From NCBI GenBank assembly GCA_963719315.1, contig CAVRBU010000002.1:128001-192000 (forward strand): a stretch of 64,000 bases of DNA, in the 5' to 3' direction. This DNA is from an uncultured Planctomycetota bacterium. GTDB lineage: Bacteria > Planctomycetota > Planctomycetia > Pirellulales > Lacipirellulaceae. The notes under the pieces are model-generated. The model was not told where the DNA came from. It was given only the letters and a program-made list of their open reading frames with translations, and made no database searches. The first letter of the stretch is position 1, and every line of letters begins with the position of its first letter. Positions 1 to 11,305 of this stretch are shown in pieces. A program made the position numbers and the translations under genes.

Positions 1-166
1 TCGCCGCCCAGGATCCGCCGTCGGTTTCGATTCCCGATTCAGTGGTTGTATTGAGCCGAACGACGCGCGCGAAAACGCCGGCACGGGCCGAGTAACGGTT
101 GCTCCGACCGCGGAGCGACTCGAAGCTGGCCGCCAGATCGCCGATTTCGCGCTCCTCGACGGGCAT
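1..166 (-). CDS. N-terminal part of a CDS running off the window (MPVEEREIGDLAASFESL...), unknown product
   Basis: Manual translation: ATG at 166 preceded by AGGA, frame open to window edge, co-directional with the cluster. Confidence 0.4.
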   Translation of the reverse strand, partial: MPVEEREIGDLAASFESLRGRSNRYSARAGVFARVVRLNTTTESGIETDGGSWAA

Positions 167-207
167 TGTCCTATCGTGCCCAATAATAGCTACTAGTCCG
201 CGCATAG

Positions 208-1395
208 CTACGCACTCTCCGCGGCCAGAGATCGTTGGACAGGCACGATGTCGGCAGAAGCAATCGGCCTCCATTCCAAGCCGAGCTGTCGCGATGATTC
301 TGCGGGCGCTACCCTCAGTAATGCAGGATGAGCCCGATCGGCGGCGGGACCGTCTATGCGCCATCCGCCGTCTGCTTCGCGCGTTAGTGCGGAAGAATCA
401 CGCTCGCGCCACCAACGGGCAACCTGCTTCGGCAGAGCGTGCCATATTCCACTCATTTCACGAGCTTTTTCTAGCAGACGGCGATAGGTATTGATTCTCA
501 AATCCGAATCCAAATAATCAGGATGCGTGATGATGAGGGCCATGCCGCCGAGTTGGGCCACGTAGTCGAGCTTTCGCTCCCATATTCGACCGCAGCGTTC
601 ATCGAGTGCGATAAACAACGTGTGGTCTTGCGGCAGCGTGTAAGGCAGTTCCACAAACCGCCCGGCCACGAACGGCCACACCCCGCCGACTCCGCCGGGC
701 ATTGCTTGGTATGGATCGGCGTCGAAGGTTGATGAGTCATATTCAATGCTGAGCGATTGAAGCCACTCAAGATTGCGGTGGACCATCGGGGCCCGGAAAC
801 CGACCGCTTCGAATGCTTCCAAGGCGGCATGGATGGCGGGCACGCGGTTGTCGAAAACGGCCCGGCTCGTAAATAACTTTCCATCGTGGTTGTAGCCATG
901 CACGCCAATCTCAAATTCGCGGCTACGCAGGTCGCGGAGTAACCCGCAATCAACTGGATACTTATGGGGCACGATATTCCACGATGAACGAAAACCGAGT
1001 TGCTCCTCCAAGTCGGCGATCTTTTCCATACGCCGCATGCCCTCGGCCGTTTCAACGTCGTGCGTCGGAACAAACGCGAATTTCGCGGCATCCGGCCAGG
1101 CGTGAATCGTCGGAATGCCGCCATCCGACATGCGCACTGCCTCTTCCAATGACCCGACGAACGACGACGGAAAATGCCAATCCGGCGCAGGATGTACTGG
1201 CCGATATCGCTGTAATAGCTGCCGGACCGGTAGAGGTATTAACGACCGCAACCGATAGTAGGCGCGAAAAGTCGTGGACAACTGCGCGGCCCGCAAATCG
1301 GCGACCAGCGATTCACGGAAGACCTTTTCGCCCACGCCGCTATCGAACAGAAATCGGTAGTCTACGGCGTCTATAGTATTCGGTGGGAAGTTCAT
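208..1395 (-). CDS. Polysaccharide deacetylase (CE4/NodB-like) family protein
   Basis: Motifs PTHDVET, EIGVHGYNHDG, GFRAP, YDSS, ELPYTL, THPDY; start trimmed to MNFPP. Confidence 0.8.
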   Translation of the reverse strand: MNFPPNTIDAVDYRFLFDSGVGEKVFRESLVADLRAAQLSTTFRAYYRLRSLIPLPVRQLLQRYRPVHPAPDWHFPSSFVGSLEEAVRMSDGGIPTIHAWPDAAKFAFVPTHDVETAEGMRRMEKIADLEEQLGFRSSWNIVPHKYPVDCGLLRDLRSREFEIGVHGYNHDGKLFTSRAVFDNRVPAIHAALEAFEAVGFRAPMVHRNLEWLQSLSIEYDSSTFDADPYQAMPGGVGGVWPFVAGRFVELPYTLPQDHTLFIALDERCGRIWERKLDYVAQLGGMALIITHPDYLDSDLRINTYRRLLEKAREMSGIWHALPKQVARWWRERDSSALTREADGGWRIDGPAADRAHPALLRVAPAESSRQLGLEWRPIASADIVPVQRSLAAESA

Positions 1396-1433
1396 CTGGA
1401 ACCGCCGATGGACTTTCAAGCGCCTCAAACGAA

Positions 1434-2312
1434 TCAGTTGGCGACTGTCCGGCGCATACGCTTTCCGTTGTGCTCGATGTGGCAAGTGCAAGGAACTCGG
1501 TAAAGGCCCACGTCGTGCAACACTTGCTTGACGCGTTCCGAAAGCAGATCGACCACGATGCCCTTCGCGTCGTAACCGATGTTGCTCACGCTGATCGACT
1601 TGTCGAGCGATCGCACGTAGTGCCACCAGCCGCGCGGAATGAATAGCATCTGGCCCGGTTCGATGACGACGCGATATTCAGTCGCCTTTTCGAACAGCGG
1701 AAACCTTTCGGCGTCGTAACGATCAACGTCCATTTCGCTCGACATCGTGCCTTGGTCGAACCTCGGCGATGGATACATGTACTTAGTATCTTTGGGTGCG
1801 ACCAATCGCACTTCCTTGCGACCACAGATTTGTGCGAGAGCGTTATCGCCCCAATCGACGTGATAGCCGGTCACGGTACCGGCAGGCCCAATCCAGCCCT
1901 TTGGGGTGTTCTTCAACTTGAATTGCGACAGCAGCGAAAAGTCAACGTCGTTTCTCAAATCCGGGAAGGCGGTAAACACTTTGAATACCGAGAGGTAGCC
2001 TTTGGGCGCAGGTTTCCCGCTCTCGTCGTCGGCCATGCGGCGAATGTACTCGCCATACTCCATGACCTCATATTGGCCTCCGCCTTGCAACACGTTGTTC
2101 ATCTCCAGAAAGACGCGCTTCGACAACGACAGATTCGCGAAGAACTCGAACGACCACTTCTTCATTGCCGGCCAATTGGCCGTCACTTTCCGCATCAGCA
2201 GCGGTGTGTTGGTGTCGATATAATCTCGTTTGAATGCTTCCGGCGTGATGGTATCGACGGCGTCGATCGCCGACGCCGATTTGACGAATGGATTTGATTC
2301 GACAGCTAACAT
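1434..2312 (-). CDS. JmjC/cupin-8 domain Fe(II)/2-oxoglutarate oxygenase
   Basis: WPAMKKWS, WIGPAGTVTGYHVD (HxD), QICGRK, PGQMLFIPRGWWHYV (distal His). Confidence 0.85.
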   Translation of the reverse strand: MLAVESNPFVKSASAIDAVDTITPEAFKRDYIDTNTPLLMRKVTANWPAMKKWSFEFFANLSLSKRVFLEMNNVLQGGGQYEVMEYGEYIRRMADDESGKPAPKGYLSVFKVFTAFPDLRNDVDFSLLSQFKLKNTPKGWIGPAGTVTGYHVDWGDNALAQICGRKEVRLVAPKDTKYMYPSPRFDQGTMSSEMDVDRYDAERFPLFEKATEYRVVIEPGQMLFIPRGWWHYVRSLDKSISVSNIGYDAKGIVVDLLSERVKQVLHDVGLYRVPCTCHIEHNGKRMRRTVAN

Positions 2313-2395
2313 GGAAATCTCCCGTTTCTTCAAACTCGTCAGCCACGAGCGACAGTCGCCACCCGGCGCTATCTCGGGCCGCAATACTACCTATG

Positions 2396-3463
2396 TTATT
2401 TGGGCGAAATTACGTTTCGGCCCAATGCGTACGCCCTTTCCGCAAGCGCCATCTTCCAACGCGAATACACTTTTCGATAGCGGCCGTAGCTCACGAGCTC
2501 GCCGCCGAAGCTGGCCTTGAAATCGCGGACGCCGTAGGGCACGTTCGGCCATCCGGCGCCGCCAAAGTCATAGCGTTCGAAACCGTGCTCACAGCTCCAC
2601 ACGATCTCGCGCCATTGCAAGTACGCGGCGGGCGACAATCCAGGAATGCGTTCCGAACCGCCGTACCAGGCAAACACATGCTTGTTAAATAGCAGCATGG
2701 TATCGGCCGCCACGGGCTTTTCACCGTCGTAGACGATTACGAATTCGATCATGTTCCGCGGTTTGAGAATCTTGTACGCAGCCTCGAACAGGCTGCGGTC
2801 GGCCAGAGGCACACCGGCGCGCCCATACGTCCGACGCAGAAAGCCATAGAGCACATCGACATACTCGGGCGAGTCGAAGAGCCGCATCTCATAGCCGCGG
2901 CGTTCGCACTTGCGAACATAAGATCGTGCGGAATCGTGGACACGGCTCCAAATCTCGTCAAGGGGCTGCGTTGTATCGAGTATAAAATTCAAATAGTCGA
3001 GGTACTGGTAGCCGCAATGCTCGAGTTCAGTTCGTTCCAGTCCGCTAGCCTGAAGCGGTCGGACTTCGGCGAACAATGCGCGCCGTTGAAAGAGACGATC
3101 GTGCTCTTCGATCAATCCGCGAAGTGAATCGACGCTCTCCGGCGTATCGGAACACAACGGCTCGGCATACCACACGGACCGAGATGAGACCGACCCAAAC
3201 ACATTTGGCAATGTTTGCACGCGAACCGCGACCAGCAAGGAGAGAATCTCTCCCGCATCGGTCACTGCGGCCAAAGCCAGCGGTGTGTGCCCCTTGGCTG
3301 CGTCGAACACCTCGACCATGGCCGATGCATGGAACACGCTTCCCCTCGGGTGACGAAGCACGAACTCATCCCACGCGGGCTGGATACGATCCCAGTCGCT
3401 CAGCAGGTCAATCACCTGCCAACTCGTGCTCTGCTCTGTGAGTACCGTTGCCACTTCTATCAC
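2396..3463 (-). CDS. FemAB-like GNAT family acyl/aminoacyl transferase
   Basis: WDEFVLRHPRGSVFH; C-terminal YDFGGAG...GVRDFKASFGG. Confidence 0.8.
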   Translation of the reverse strand: MIEVATVLTEQSTSWQVIDLLSDWDRIQPAWDEFVLRHPRGSVFHASAMVEVFDAAKGHTPLALAAVTDAGEILSLLVAVRVQTLPNVFGSVSSRSVWYAEPLCSDTPESVDSLRGLIEEHDRLFQRRALFAEVRPLQASGLERTELEHCGYQYLDYLNFILDTTQPLDEIWSRVHDSARSYVRKCERRGYEMRLFDSPEYVDVLYGFLRRTYGRAGVPLADRSLFEAAYKILKPRNMIEFVIVYDGEKPVAADTMLLFNKHVFAWYGGSERIPGLSPAAYLQWREIVWSCEHGFERYDFGGAGWPNVPYGVRDFKASFGGELVSYGRYRKVYSRWKMALAERAYALGRNVISPK

Positions 3464-3516
3464 CCTTTACTGGTCGCCGGCGGCGACCGATATCTCCATT
3501 CTAATTGCTGAGCCGA

Positions 3517-4612
3517 TCATTTTTGCATAAACATCGAACGTTTTAGCTTGTAGACCCTTTCCGCAAACGCCAATTTCCAGGGGCAATAAACTTTTTGGTA
3601 GCGACCAAATTCAACGAGCTCACCGCCGAACTTGGCTTTGAAATCGCGGACACTGTAAGGGACGTTCAGGGCGCCCTGCCCCGCCGCCATCGTAGATTGC
3701 AAAGCCGTGCTCGTGAGCCCACTTCAATTCATACCACCGCAACAAGCTGCCTGGCGAACCGGCGGCGGATCGACACACGCCCCCATACCAAGAGTAAATC
3801 TGGTTCTTAAAGATTAAGGTCACATCCATCGCGACAGGCGTGCCGCCCTCGTATACTCCAAAGAATTTGGCGACACCCTGTGGATACAACTCCCGCGCAG
3901 TTGCCTCAAACAAGCTGCGATCCACCAACGGCACGCCGGCACGACTGTAGCTGAGCCTGAGCAGCGAATACAACTGTTCGACGGCCTCTTCCGCGGGAAC
4001 TTCACGCACTGTAAGGCCGCGATCCTCGCATTGGCGAACGGCTCGGCGGACCGATCGGTGCAACTTGGACCAGATCACGTCGACCGGCTGAGTCACGTCA
4101 AACAAGTAATTCAGGTATTCGTAAAACTCGTAACCTGCTCTTTCCAGAACAATCTGTTCGTTACCGGGAGCAAATATAGGTCGCACCTCAGCGAACAGCA
4201 CTGACCGGCGCATTACGGCATCGTGCCGAGCAATAAGCTGCGACAGAGCCGCCATGCTATCCGGATCGTCGTTGCAAAGTGGCTCTGCATAGAAGATCGC
4301 TCGCGACGAAAGCCGTCCCAGCGGTGGAGGCAGCGTCTGCACGCGAATGCTGACAATGAGGGCCGCAATCCTGCCGTCCGGCCGGACGCTCGCAAGTGCC
4401 AACGGCTTGTTGCCTTTTGTGGCCCGAAACACGCGAACCATACTCGACGTATTGAATATGGAGCCTCTAGGATGCACGGCGACAAACTGGTCCCAGCGCG
4501 GCTGAAGTCGAGTCCAATCCTCCAAGAGATCGACAATTTCATTCTGTCGCGGCGCAGTAGATACTTGCGCCGCGGCAATCTTTTCTGTTGTGGAGGGGTA
4601 AGTATTTTGCAT
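3517..4612 (-). CDS. Second FemAB-like GNAT paralog, frameshifted near 3675
   Basis: Clear paralog of 2396..3463; after YDGGGAG the NVPYSVRDFKAKFGG tail continues in another frame (ORF 3517..3702). Confidence 0.75.
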
Positions 4613-4667
4613 GTATAGACGATGTTTGTCTTTGATCGTGCGTGATGCAATAAATCGAGATAGCGTC

Positions 4668-5969
4668 TTATCGCCTTGATACAAGTCCTTGGCTTTTGAT
4701 CGACGCCAACTCTGGATGCTCGGCAGCCTCCGCCGGAACGCGGGCTCCGCGATCCAGGCTCCGGTAGGCCTCGAGCAAGTACGCTTCTTGTCGCTGCCAA
4801 CTCAACTGTTCCGCAATGCGGCATCGGCCCGCTTCACCGAGTCGTTTACGGAGCGTCGAATCGTCCATCAGCCGCAAGATTTGGCGCGCAAAGTCGGCTT
4901 CGTCGTTCGGCCGTGCGTACAGCGCCGTTTCGCCGGCCGTCACGCGGTGCTCGGGAAGATCGAACGCCACAACCGGCTTCGCTTGGGCCATGTATTCCAT
5001 CAGCTTGACGATCGTCGAGCGGTCGTTGTACGAGTTGGACGGGTCGGGCACGACACAAATATCGGTGGCAGCTAGGTAGCGAGGGACTTTTTCATAATCG
5101 ACCCAGCCGGTGAAATAGACCTTTTCGGCAATTTCGAGTTGCTCGACTAACTGGCGCAGCGATTCCATTGCAGGACCTTTACCAATCAAGATGCAGCGCC
5201 AATCGGATCGCTGATGCACATGGCGCAGGATGTGCAGCGCCCGCAGCAAGTAGTCGACACCGTCCTGCCGGCCCATGATGCCCACATAGCCAAACACATT
5301 TGGCGCGCCGTTGCGCAATGAATCATCGGGTTCGAAGCGTTGCAAATGCCAGGGCTCGGGACCGTTTCGCACGATCGTGATGCGGCTCGCCGGGATGCCG
5401 CCGCGTTCCATCTGCACTTTCTTACAGGACTCATTGGTGGCGATGACGTGGTCGGCCCAACGGCACGAAAATCGCTCAAAACAAAGCAGCACTCGATGCA
5501 GGACGCGGTTTCCCGATGGATCGAAACGGGACAAATACATATCGGGCGCCAAATCGTGCTGATCGAACACGAAGCGCTTGCCGAACAGCCGCCAGAAGCC
5601 GCCGATCAGAACCAAGAAATCCGGTGGATTGTGGGCGTGAACCACGTCGAAACCACGCCGCACGGCGACCCAGAGCGTTAGCGCCGCAATGATCGAAAGC
5701 GTGTAAGAGTATTCCAACAGATAGCCTAGAATTCCGTTCGCGACAAACGGCGGCGGAAATTGGTAAGCTGCAACGCCGTCGAAGACTTCGTACCACCGCT
5801 CACCGTCGGCGGCGGGACCAATGACTGTCACTTGATACCCGGCGGCCACCAACGAGTTCGCCTCGCACCGTACCCGGCCATCCTCGGAGTAGGCCGAGTT
5901 TTCGAGCAGCATCAGGACGCATTTGCGGCGGAGTTTGCCACTTCCTGAATTGCTATTCCTGGAGCTCAT
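4668..5969 (-). CDS. Glycosyltransferase family 4
   Basis: HAHNPPD, DQHDLAP, KLMEYMAQAKPVVAFD; ATGA overlap with upstream gene stop. Confidence 0.9.
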   Translation of the reverse strand: MSSRNSNSGSGKLRRKCVLMLLENSAYSEDGRVRCEANSLVAAGYQVTVIGPAADGERWYEVFDGVAAYQFPPPFVANGILGYLLEYSYTLSIIAALTLWVAVRRGFDVVHAHNPPDFLVLIGGFWRLFGKRFVFDQHDLAPDMYLSRFDPSGNRVLHRVLLCFERFSCRWADHVIATNESCKKVQMERGGIPASRITIVRNGPEPWHLQRFEPDDSLRNGAPNVFGYVGIMGRQDGVDYLLRALHILRHVHQRSDWRCILIGKGPAMESLRQLVEQLEIAEKVYFTGWVDYEKVPRYLAATDICVVPDPSNSYNDRSTIVKLMEYMAQAKPVVAFDLPEHRVTAGETALYARPNDEADFARQILRLMDDSTLRKRLGEAGRCRIAEQLSWQRQEAYLLEAYRSLDRGARVPAEAAEHPELASIKSQGLVSRR

Positions 5970-7201
5970 AGTAGCTGCTCCTGCGGATAGCGCTCTGCGG
6001 GTATCTCGCCACCTAACAGACACGGATCGTTTGTCGAGTTCGTATCGGCAAGCGTCGACTCATGTTCGCCCGGCGCGGCAATGGACTCGAATAGTCTTAA
6101 TCGCTCTGCAACGTTTTTGTTTGAGAAATGTGTCTCCGCCACTTCGCGGTTGCGTTCGCCCATTTCGCGTCGCAGCGTGGCCGAGTGATAGACCCTCAGC
6201 AGCGCTTCGGCCAAAGCATGTACGTCGTTCTCAGGCACGACGATTCGTTCGACGACGCGCGGTATCTCCGTGTGCTGCGTCGTGACGACTGGCTTTCCGC
6301 AAGCCATCGCCTCGATAAGCACGCTGGGAAACCCCTCGCAGCCACCCTCCGAGTCGCGATGACAGGGAAGGCAAAACACGTCGCACGCATGGTAGACAGC
6401 TTGCAATGCGGCGCCGCTGAGCTTGCCGAAGAACGCCACCTGAGACTCTACGCCGACCTTTCGAGCGAGTGCAGGCACATCCACGGGTTCGCGGCCGTCG
6501 TGCCCACCAACAACCCACACCTCAACATCGTCACGACCAAGTTCTTTCACTGCTTTAAAAAGCACTTCATGCCCCTTCGTCGGGCCATAGAACGCTACGA
6601 TTAAAACAATGAATTTCTTCGCGGGTTGATATTGGTCAAGATCCACGGCGAGCCGCACGACTTCCACTCGACGGCGGTCGATGCCATAGCGGTCGGCAAG
6701 TTGCCGGCGGTTGTGCTCCGTGACGGAAACGATCTGGTCGCAGGCCGCGAGCGCGATTTTGAAAAGCTCGACATTGGGATTGAAATACATTTCGGACGAA
6801 TGGATCGTCACGGAAAGCGGCTTGTCTAACAGCCGTTTCGAATAATAACCAATAAACAACTTGCGATCGCCGAACGTGGCGTAGATGACATCTACGTCTT
6901 TCATGTGCGGCGCGAAATATGCCGCCAGCATGAAATCGACAATTGCTCCTCGCCGAATTGCTTCCCAGAGCACCGCGACGTAGTGGATCGGCATGGCAAG
7001 AAAGCGCAGCGGTTGGCTGAGCAACACCTGCCAAATTCGCCACGGATAATAGTTCCATTCGGGCCGGGGATTGTACAAGCCGCAGCGGTGTTTGCACGGA
7101 AACAAACTGATCGCGGCGCCTTGATTGGCCAGCTCCAACACTTCCCGGTATACGAAGTGCTCCATGCCGTTCTTCATCGATAAAATAACGCCAAGATGCA
7201 T
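5966..7201 (-). CDS. Glycosyltransferase family 4
   Basis: EGFPSVLIEAMACGKPVV (EX7E motif); start trimmed to MHLGV. Confidence 0.88.
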   Translation of the reverse strand: MHLGVILSMKNGMEHFVYREVLELANQGAAISLFPCKHRCGLYNPRPEWNYYPWRIWQVLLSQPLRFLAMPIHYVAVLWEAIRRGAIVDFMLAAYFAPHMKDVDVIYATFGDRKLFIGYYSKRLLDKPLSVTIHSSEMYFNPNVELFKIALAACDQIVSVTEHNRRQLADRYGIDRRRVEVVRLAVDLDQYQPAKKFIVLIVAFYGPTKGHEVLFKAVKELGRDDVEVWVVGGHDGREPVDVPALARKVGVESQVAFFGKLSGAALQAVYHACDVFCLPCHRDSEGGCEGFPSVLIEAMACGKPVVTTQHTEIPRVVERIVVPENDVHALAEALLRVYHSATLRREMGERNREVAETHFSNKNVAERLRLFESIAAPGEHESTLADTNSTNDPCLLGGEIPAERYPQEQLL

Positions 7202-7265
7202 GCTGTACTCGTGCAAACAGAAACTGAAACACAAAAACGAGTCGGCCGCGAGCGATTGTTCGCGG

Positions 7266-8405
7266 TTAACCCGATTTAACCTCCAAGGCAACTCGGTCGG
7301 CCGCGCTCGCTGGCTGTGGCGCAGTTTGCCGATCTCGAATCGCACGCCGATAGACTTCCATAACTCGTTGCGCCACGCTTTCCGGCGACCACTCGGCGTC
7401 CAGCTTTCGCCGTCCGGCAGCCCCGAGTGCTCGGCATCTCAGGGGATCGCCGAGGAGCTCAATAATTGCCGAGGCCAACGCCGAAGTGTCGGCTGGTGGA
7501 ATTAGTCTTCCTGTAACGCCATCCTCCACCGCATCGGCCAGCGCGCCGACGCGAGTTGCCACAACCGGTTTGGCGAAGGAATACGCAATCGGAATCACGC
7601 CGCTTTGCGTCGCCTCCACGTAGGGCAAAACCACAACACTTGCTTGCTGGAAAAGCTCGTCGCGATGGCGCGTGGTAATGAATCGATTGTGCACCTCGAA
7701 TCGTTCGGGTCGCGTCATGAGTCGGCGATACGATTCGAAATCTTCGCCCTCGCCGGCAATGATGATCCGTACATTCGACACCACGCGGCTGACGAGCGGT
7801 TCCGCTTCGATCAGGTATTTCAGCCCTTTGTAGTCCCAAATACGGCCGAAAAATAAAAGCGTTTTGCCGTCGTCGAGAGCTGCGGCCGGCACCGTCGGAC
7901 TTCCGATCGCCACATGAGGAATAACGTGCACCTTTTCGGCGGGAGTTCCGAACAAGCCGATCACCTGTTGCTTTAACACTTCGCCGTGAACGAGCATTCG
8001 ATCTGCCCGTCGATAGCCGAAGTCCATCATCCACTGCGGCGTACGCCGTGAAGCGCGATCACCCACATGGTGCCGCGGGTCGTGAATCGTGATCACCAAG
8101 GGATACGCTCGCAACAGCGGCAGCGCCAAGTTAAACCACGCGTGGCAATGCTGATAATGGACTACATCGGGCCGAAAACGCCGTATTTGTTGGAGCACGT
8201 TCGCGATCATCTTTAACTGGCGGATCGGTTGACGTAATCGGGGCTTATCAAATGGGCAGTAGAAAATCCTGGAATCGATCGAAGTTTGGTGCTCAGTCGC
8301 ATCATCGCGCGGCAGCATCAGCAGGACATCGCACTCGCGAGCCAAACCGTTGGCTAGCTGAATGCTGTAGTCGGCCGTTCCGAAAGATAAAAACGCGACT
8401 CTCAT
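7266..8405 (-). CDS. Glycosyltransferase family 4
   Basis: FFGRIWDYKG, ATQSGVIPIAYSFAKPVVAT; ATGA overlap with flippase stop. Confidence 0.88.
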   Translation of the reverse strand: MRVAFLSFGTADYSIQLANGLARECDVLLMLPRDDATEHQTSIDSRIFYCPFDKPRLRQPIRQLKMIANVLQQIRRFRPDVVHYQHCHAWFNLALPLLRAYPLVITIHDPRHHVGDRASRRTPQWMMDFGYRRADRMLVHGEVLKQQVIGLFGTPAEKVHVIPHVAIGSPTVPAAALDDGKTLLFFGRIWDYKGLKYLIEAEPLVSRVVSNVRIIIAGEGEDFESYRRLMTRPERFEVHNRFITTRHRDELFQQASVVVLPYVEATQSGVIPIAYSFAKPVVATRVGALADAVEDGVTGRLIPPADTSALASAIIELLGDPLRCRALGAAGRRKLDAEWSPESVAQRVMEVYRRAIRDRQTAPQPASAADRVALEVKSG

Positions 8406-9841
8406 GAATTGTCGATCACCGGTAATTGGCACAAGAGTTTGAAATCATGAATCGTGACAATCCGCAAAACGACGAGCATGATTGCGTACAACGCCGCGCA
8501 CGCTGCGACGAGCGATAACATGTGCATATGTTTCATGAATAAAAGTGCCAAGCACAGCACCGTTGCGGCCGCCGTTTGACGCAGCAGAATCGTCAGGACG
8601 GCCCTGCGGTCGGTCCCCATGGTTGAATAACCGATGAAGCAAACTAGCGCGGTGTAGGAAGAAAGTGCAGCCGTCCAAGCCGTGCCGACGGCGCCAAATT
8701 GTGGAATCAGAATAAATGCCACGGAAAGACAAGTGACGAGCCCCACGATTGCGACGGCAAGCGATTGCCGCTGCAATCCCCGGGCATACAGCACTCGACT
8801 GAGAAATGGATTAAGGAATTGCGGTATTAGCAGCCACGCGAGAATTCGCAATACGGGTCCTGAACCCGCATACTGTTGATCAAACAAGAACACAACGATC
8901 TGGTCGGAGAACACCGATATGCACAATACGACCGGTAGCACGATCGCGAGAATGTATTTGACCGAGTGTTCGCTGACTTGGTGAAACGTATCGCGTGCAT
9001 CCACGTAGAGTCGCGCGATATAAGGAAACATCGCTGTTGTAAAACTGTTGGAGACAACCGGACCCAAACGAATCAACTTCCAAGCTGCGTCGTACAGGCC
9101 AACAGCCGCTTCGCCACCAAATATCGACAAAACAAACACGTCTAGGCTTACATAAATCGTCGCCAGGCAAGTTTCCGCCGCAAATACTCGCCAGGCTACC
9201 GCGATGAACAACATCCTGTTGAGCCGAAAGCGCCAGCGAATGGTCGGCAGTCGACGCGACAACAACAAGGCATAGAGGACGAGCTGCGCCCAACGCGAGA
9301 AAATCAAAACGATAAACAGGCTGTATAGCCCGTATCCCATAAGCAGCGCGGCAAACCACAGCGATATTCGCAAGAGGGCTTCCAAGGCGATGCCGACGGC
9401 AACCAATTCGGCCTTCTGCAACGCGATGAAGATGGACTCCGCCACCGTGGCTAGCGCCGCCGGCAGAATCGCCGCCGATGCGATCTGGATAGCCACCCGA
9501 GTATCCGGCGCGTACCCTGCAAGCAAAGCGACCGTTGCCAACACACACGCCGCGATCCCGCTTAGCAATACGATCAACGCCACGATAGGCGCCAGGTTGC
9601 GACGTAACCAGCGCGTTTCTTTGGCAGCTTCACGGGTGACCAAAATGCAAAACCCGGTCGCACACAAACTCGTGCACAAATCAAACAGTTGTTGCGTGAG
9701 CGCGAACTTGCCGTATCCGGCTACGCCGAGATACCTGGCGGCATATATGACAAACGCGAACGCGACGACCATGCGCACCATTGTGCCCAGCAGCAACATG
9801 CCTGCGTTCTTAGACACTCGTGTTGCAGCCGCATATCGCAT
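8402..9841 (-). CDS. wzx: Oligosaccharide flippase (Wzx-like)
   Basis: 479 aa, many TM segments, ARYLGVAGYG, AVGLYDAAWKL, LIPQFGAVG. Confidence 0.85.
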   Translation of the reverse strand: MRYAAATRVSKNAGMLLLGTMVRMVVAFAFVIYAARYLGVAGYGKFALTQQLFDLCTSLCATGFCILVTREAAKETRWLRRNLAPIVALIVLLSGIAACVLATVALLAGYAPDTRVAIQIASAAILPAALATVAESIFIALQKAELVAVGIALEALLRISLWFAALLMGYGLYSLFIVLIFSRWAQLVLYALLLSRRLPTIRWRFRLNRMLFIAVAWRVFAAETCLATIYVSLDVFVLSIFGGEAAVGLYDAAWKLIRLGPVVSNSFTTAMFPYIARLYVDARDTFHQVSEHSVKYILAIVLPVVLCISVFSDQIVVFLFDQQYAGSGPVLRILAWLLIPQFLNPFLSRVLYARGLQRQSLAVAIVGLVTCLSVAFILIPQFGAVGTAWTAALSSYTALVCFIGYSTMGTDRRAVLTILLRQTAAATVLCLALLFMKHMHMLSLVAACAALYAIMLVVLRIVTIHDFKLLCQLPVIDNS

Positions 9842-9892
9842 CGTAAACTTTCATTGCCGCGCTGTGGCATCGAAGGCGGCCAGGCGCACAAT

Positions 9893-11294
9893 TCATTCAA
9901 TAGTTGCAAATGCAGGAAAATAAGCAGAACAAGACGGATTTTCAAGAGTACTCATTCCCGTTTCGTGTTCGATCTCTCCATGTAGCGCCACGGTCGAGAC
10001 ACAGATCATGATCAATAGCGGCGCGAAACCGACTATGACGAAATTAGAGTCGACCAACCCATTAACCATTGCCAGGACAATCATTGCGGCAATGAATCGG
10101 TATCCTATATCGCAAGTTTTCGTGTATCGGATCGCGGCAGTAAGGCCGGTCCACACCACGATCAGGAGTCCCAACATCAAGCCGATGACGCCAATGTTCA
10201 GTAAGGTTTCGAGGTAAGCAGAGTGTGCATGATTGAATTCCCAGTGTCGGATGAATGAGTATTCCCATACCTTCTGCGCCGTCCAGAAGCTGCCATAACC
10301 GTATCCAAGCAAAGGACGATGCGCGATATCACTTGCAACCGCCTGCCAAATCGGAATGCGTCCCGTCAAGGAACCGAGATCATCGTCGCCGCGGCCCATT
10401 TGGATCGCTTCCATGACGAGCCCGCCACCAGGCGAATCGGAAGTGAGGTATAGGAGTGCCCCGAGTACAACGGCCATTGCTGGAATGAATACGATAGCAA
10501 GTTTTCTGGGCCAAGAAGCTCCGACGAATAACAGCGCGAGCAGGCCCGCCGCAAACGCAACGGTCGTAGTACGCGATCGCGTGAGCATCAAAAAGAACAG
10601 CCCCACAACAAAAAGCAGCAGCCAACGCCAGCGATAGCGACCCGTTTCGCGCTGGTCGCAGAATAAGGCGAGCGACGCAAGGCAAAGTATTGCACAATTC
10701 ACAGCTTGTGAGTTGGGATGAAGCGTTCCGCTAAAGCGGTACGCATCGCCATACAGAAAGCTGCCGTTAGCACAAGCGGCTGCGAATCCGATCAAGAGTA
10801 CGGCGCTGGAAAAGAGCACCGCAAAACGGCACACGTCGCTCGGACGCAAGTGTTTCGCCACGCCAAGCGCTGCAATCATCAGAAGAATCGGCTGTGCGGC
10901 GCAGTTTGAGCGACAGAACCGTGTCGTCGGCCCACGACGCGCTAAAGAACAACAAAGCACATTGCGCCAGAATTGCGCCCATCAATAGCCAATTTGGATA
11001 GCATTCGGCGGTGCTCGGGACCACCATCAACAGAACTCCCATTGCCCCAATGGCAACCACGCTCAATTGACGCACGGCACTGCTGCCCTCTGCTACTAAA
11101 GCCACTAATTTGCCGTCGCCCTGCTGGGCATATTCGATGGATGCATTCTTTAAGTTGTGTTCGATCGAAAACAAAGCCAACCATGTGAAGATAAGCGGTA
11201 ACCAGACGCACCAACCTGTACGCGGGCGCATCGGCAGCGCAGCAGGAAACGCCGCGCCATTCGCAAAAGCATTGGATGGAATATCGAGCGACAT
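9893..11294 (-). CDS. O-antigen ligase/polymerase (Wzy-like) membrane protein, frameshifted near 10903
   Basis: Two ORFs join by removing one base (SLKRAAQPILL); TRSRT, LTGRIPIW, PLLGYGYGSFW, HAHSAY motifs. Confidence 0.8.
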
Positions 11295-11305
11295 CGTTCG
11301 TTCAG

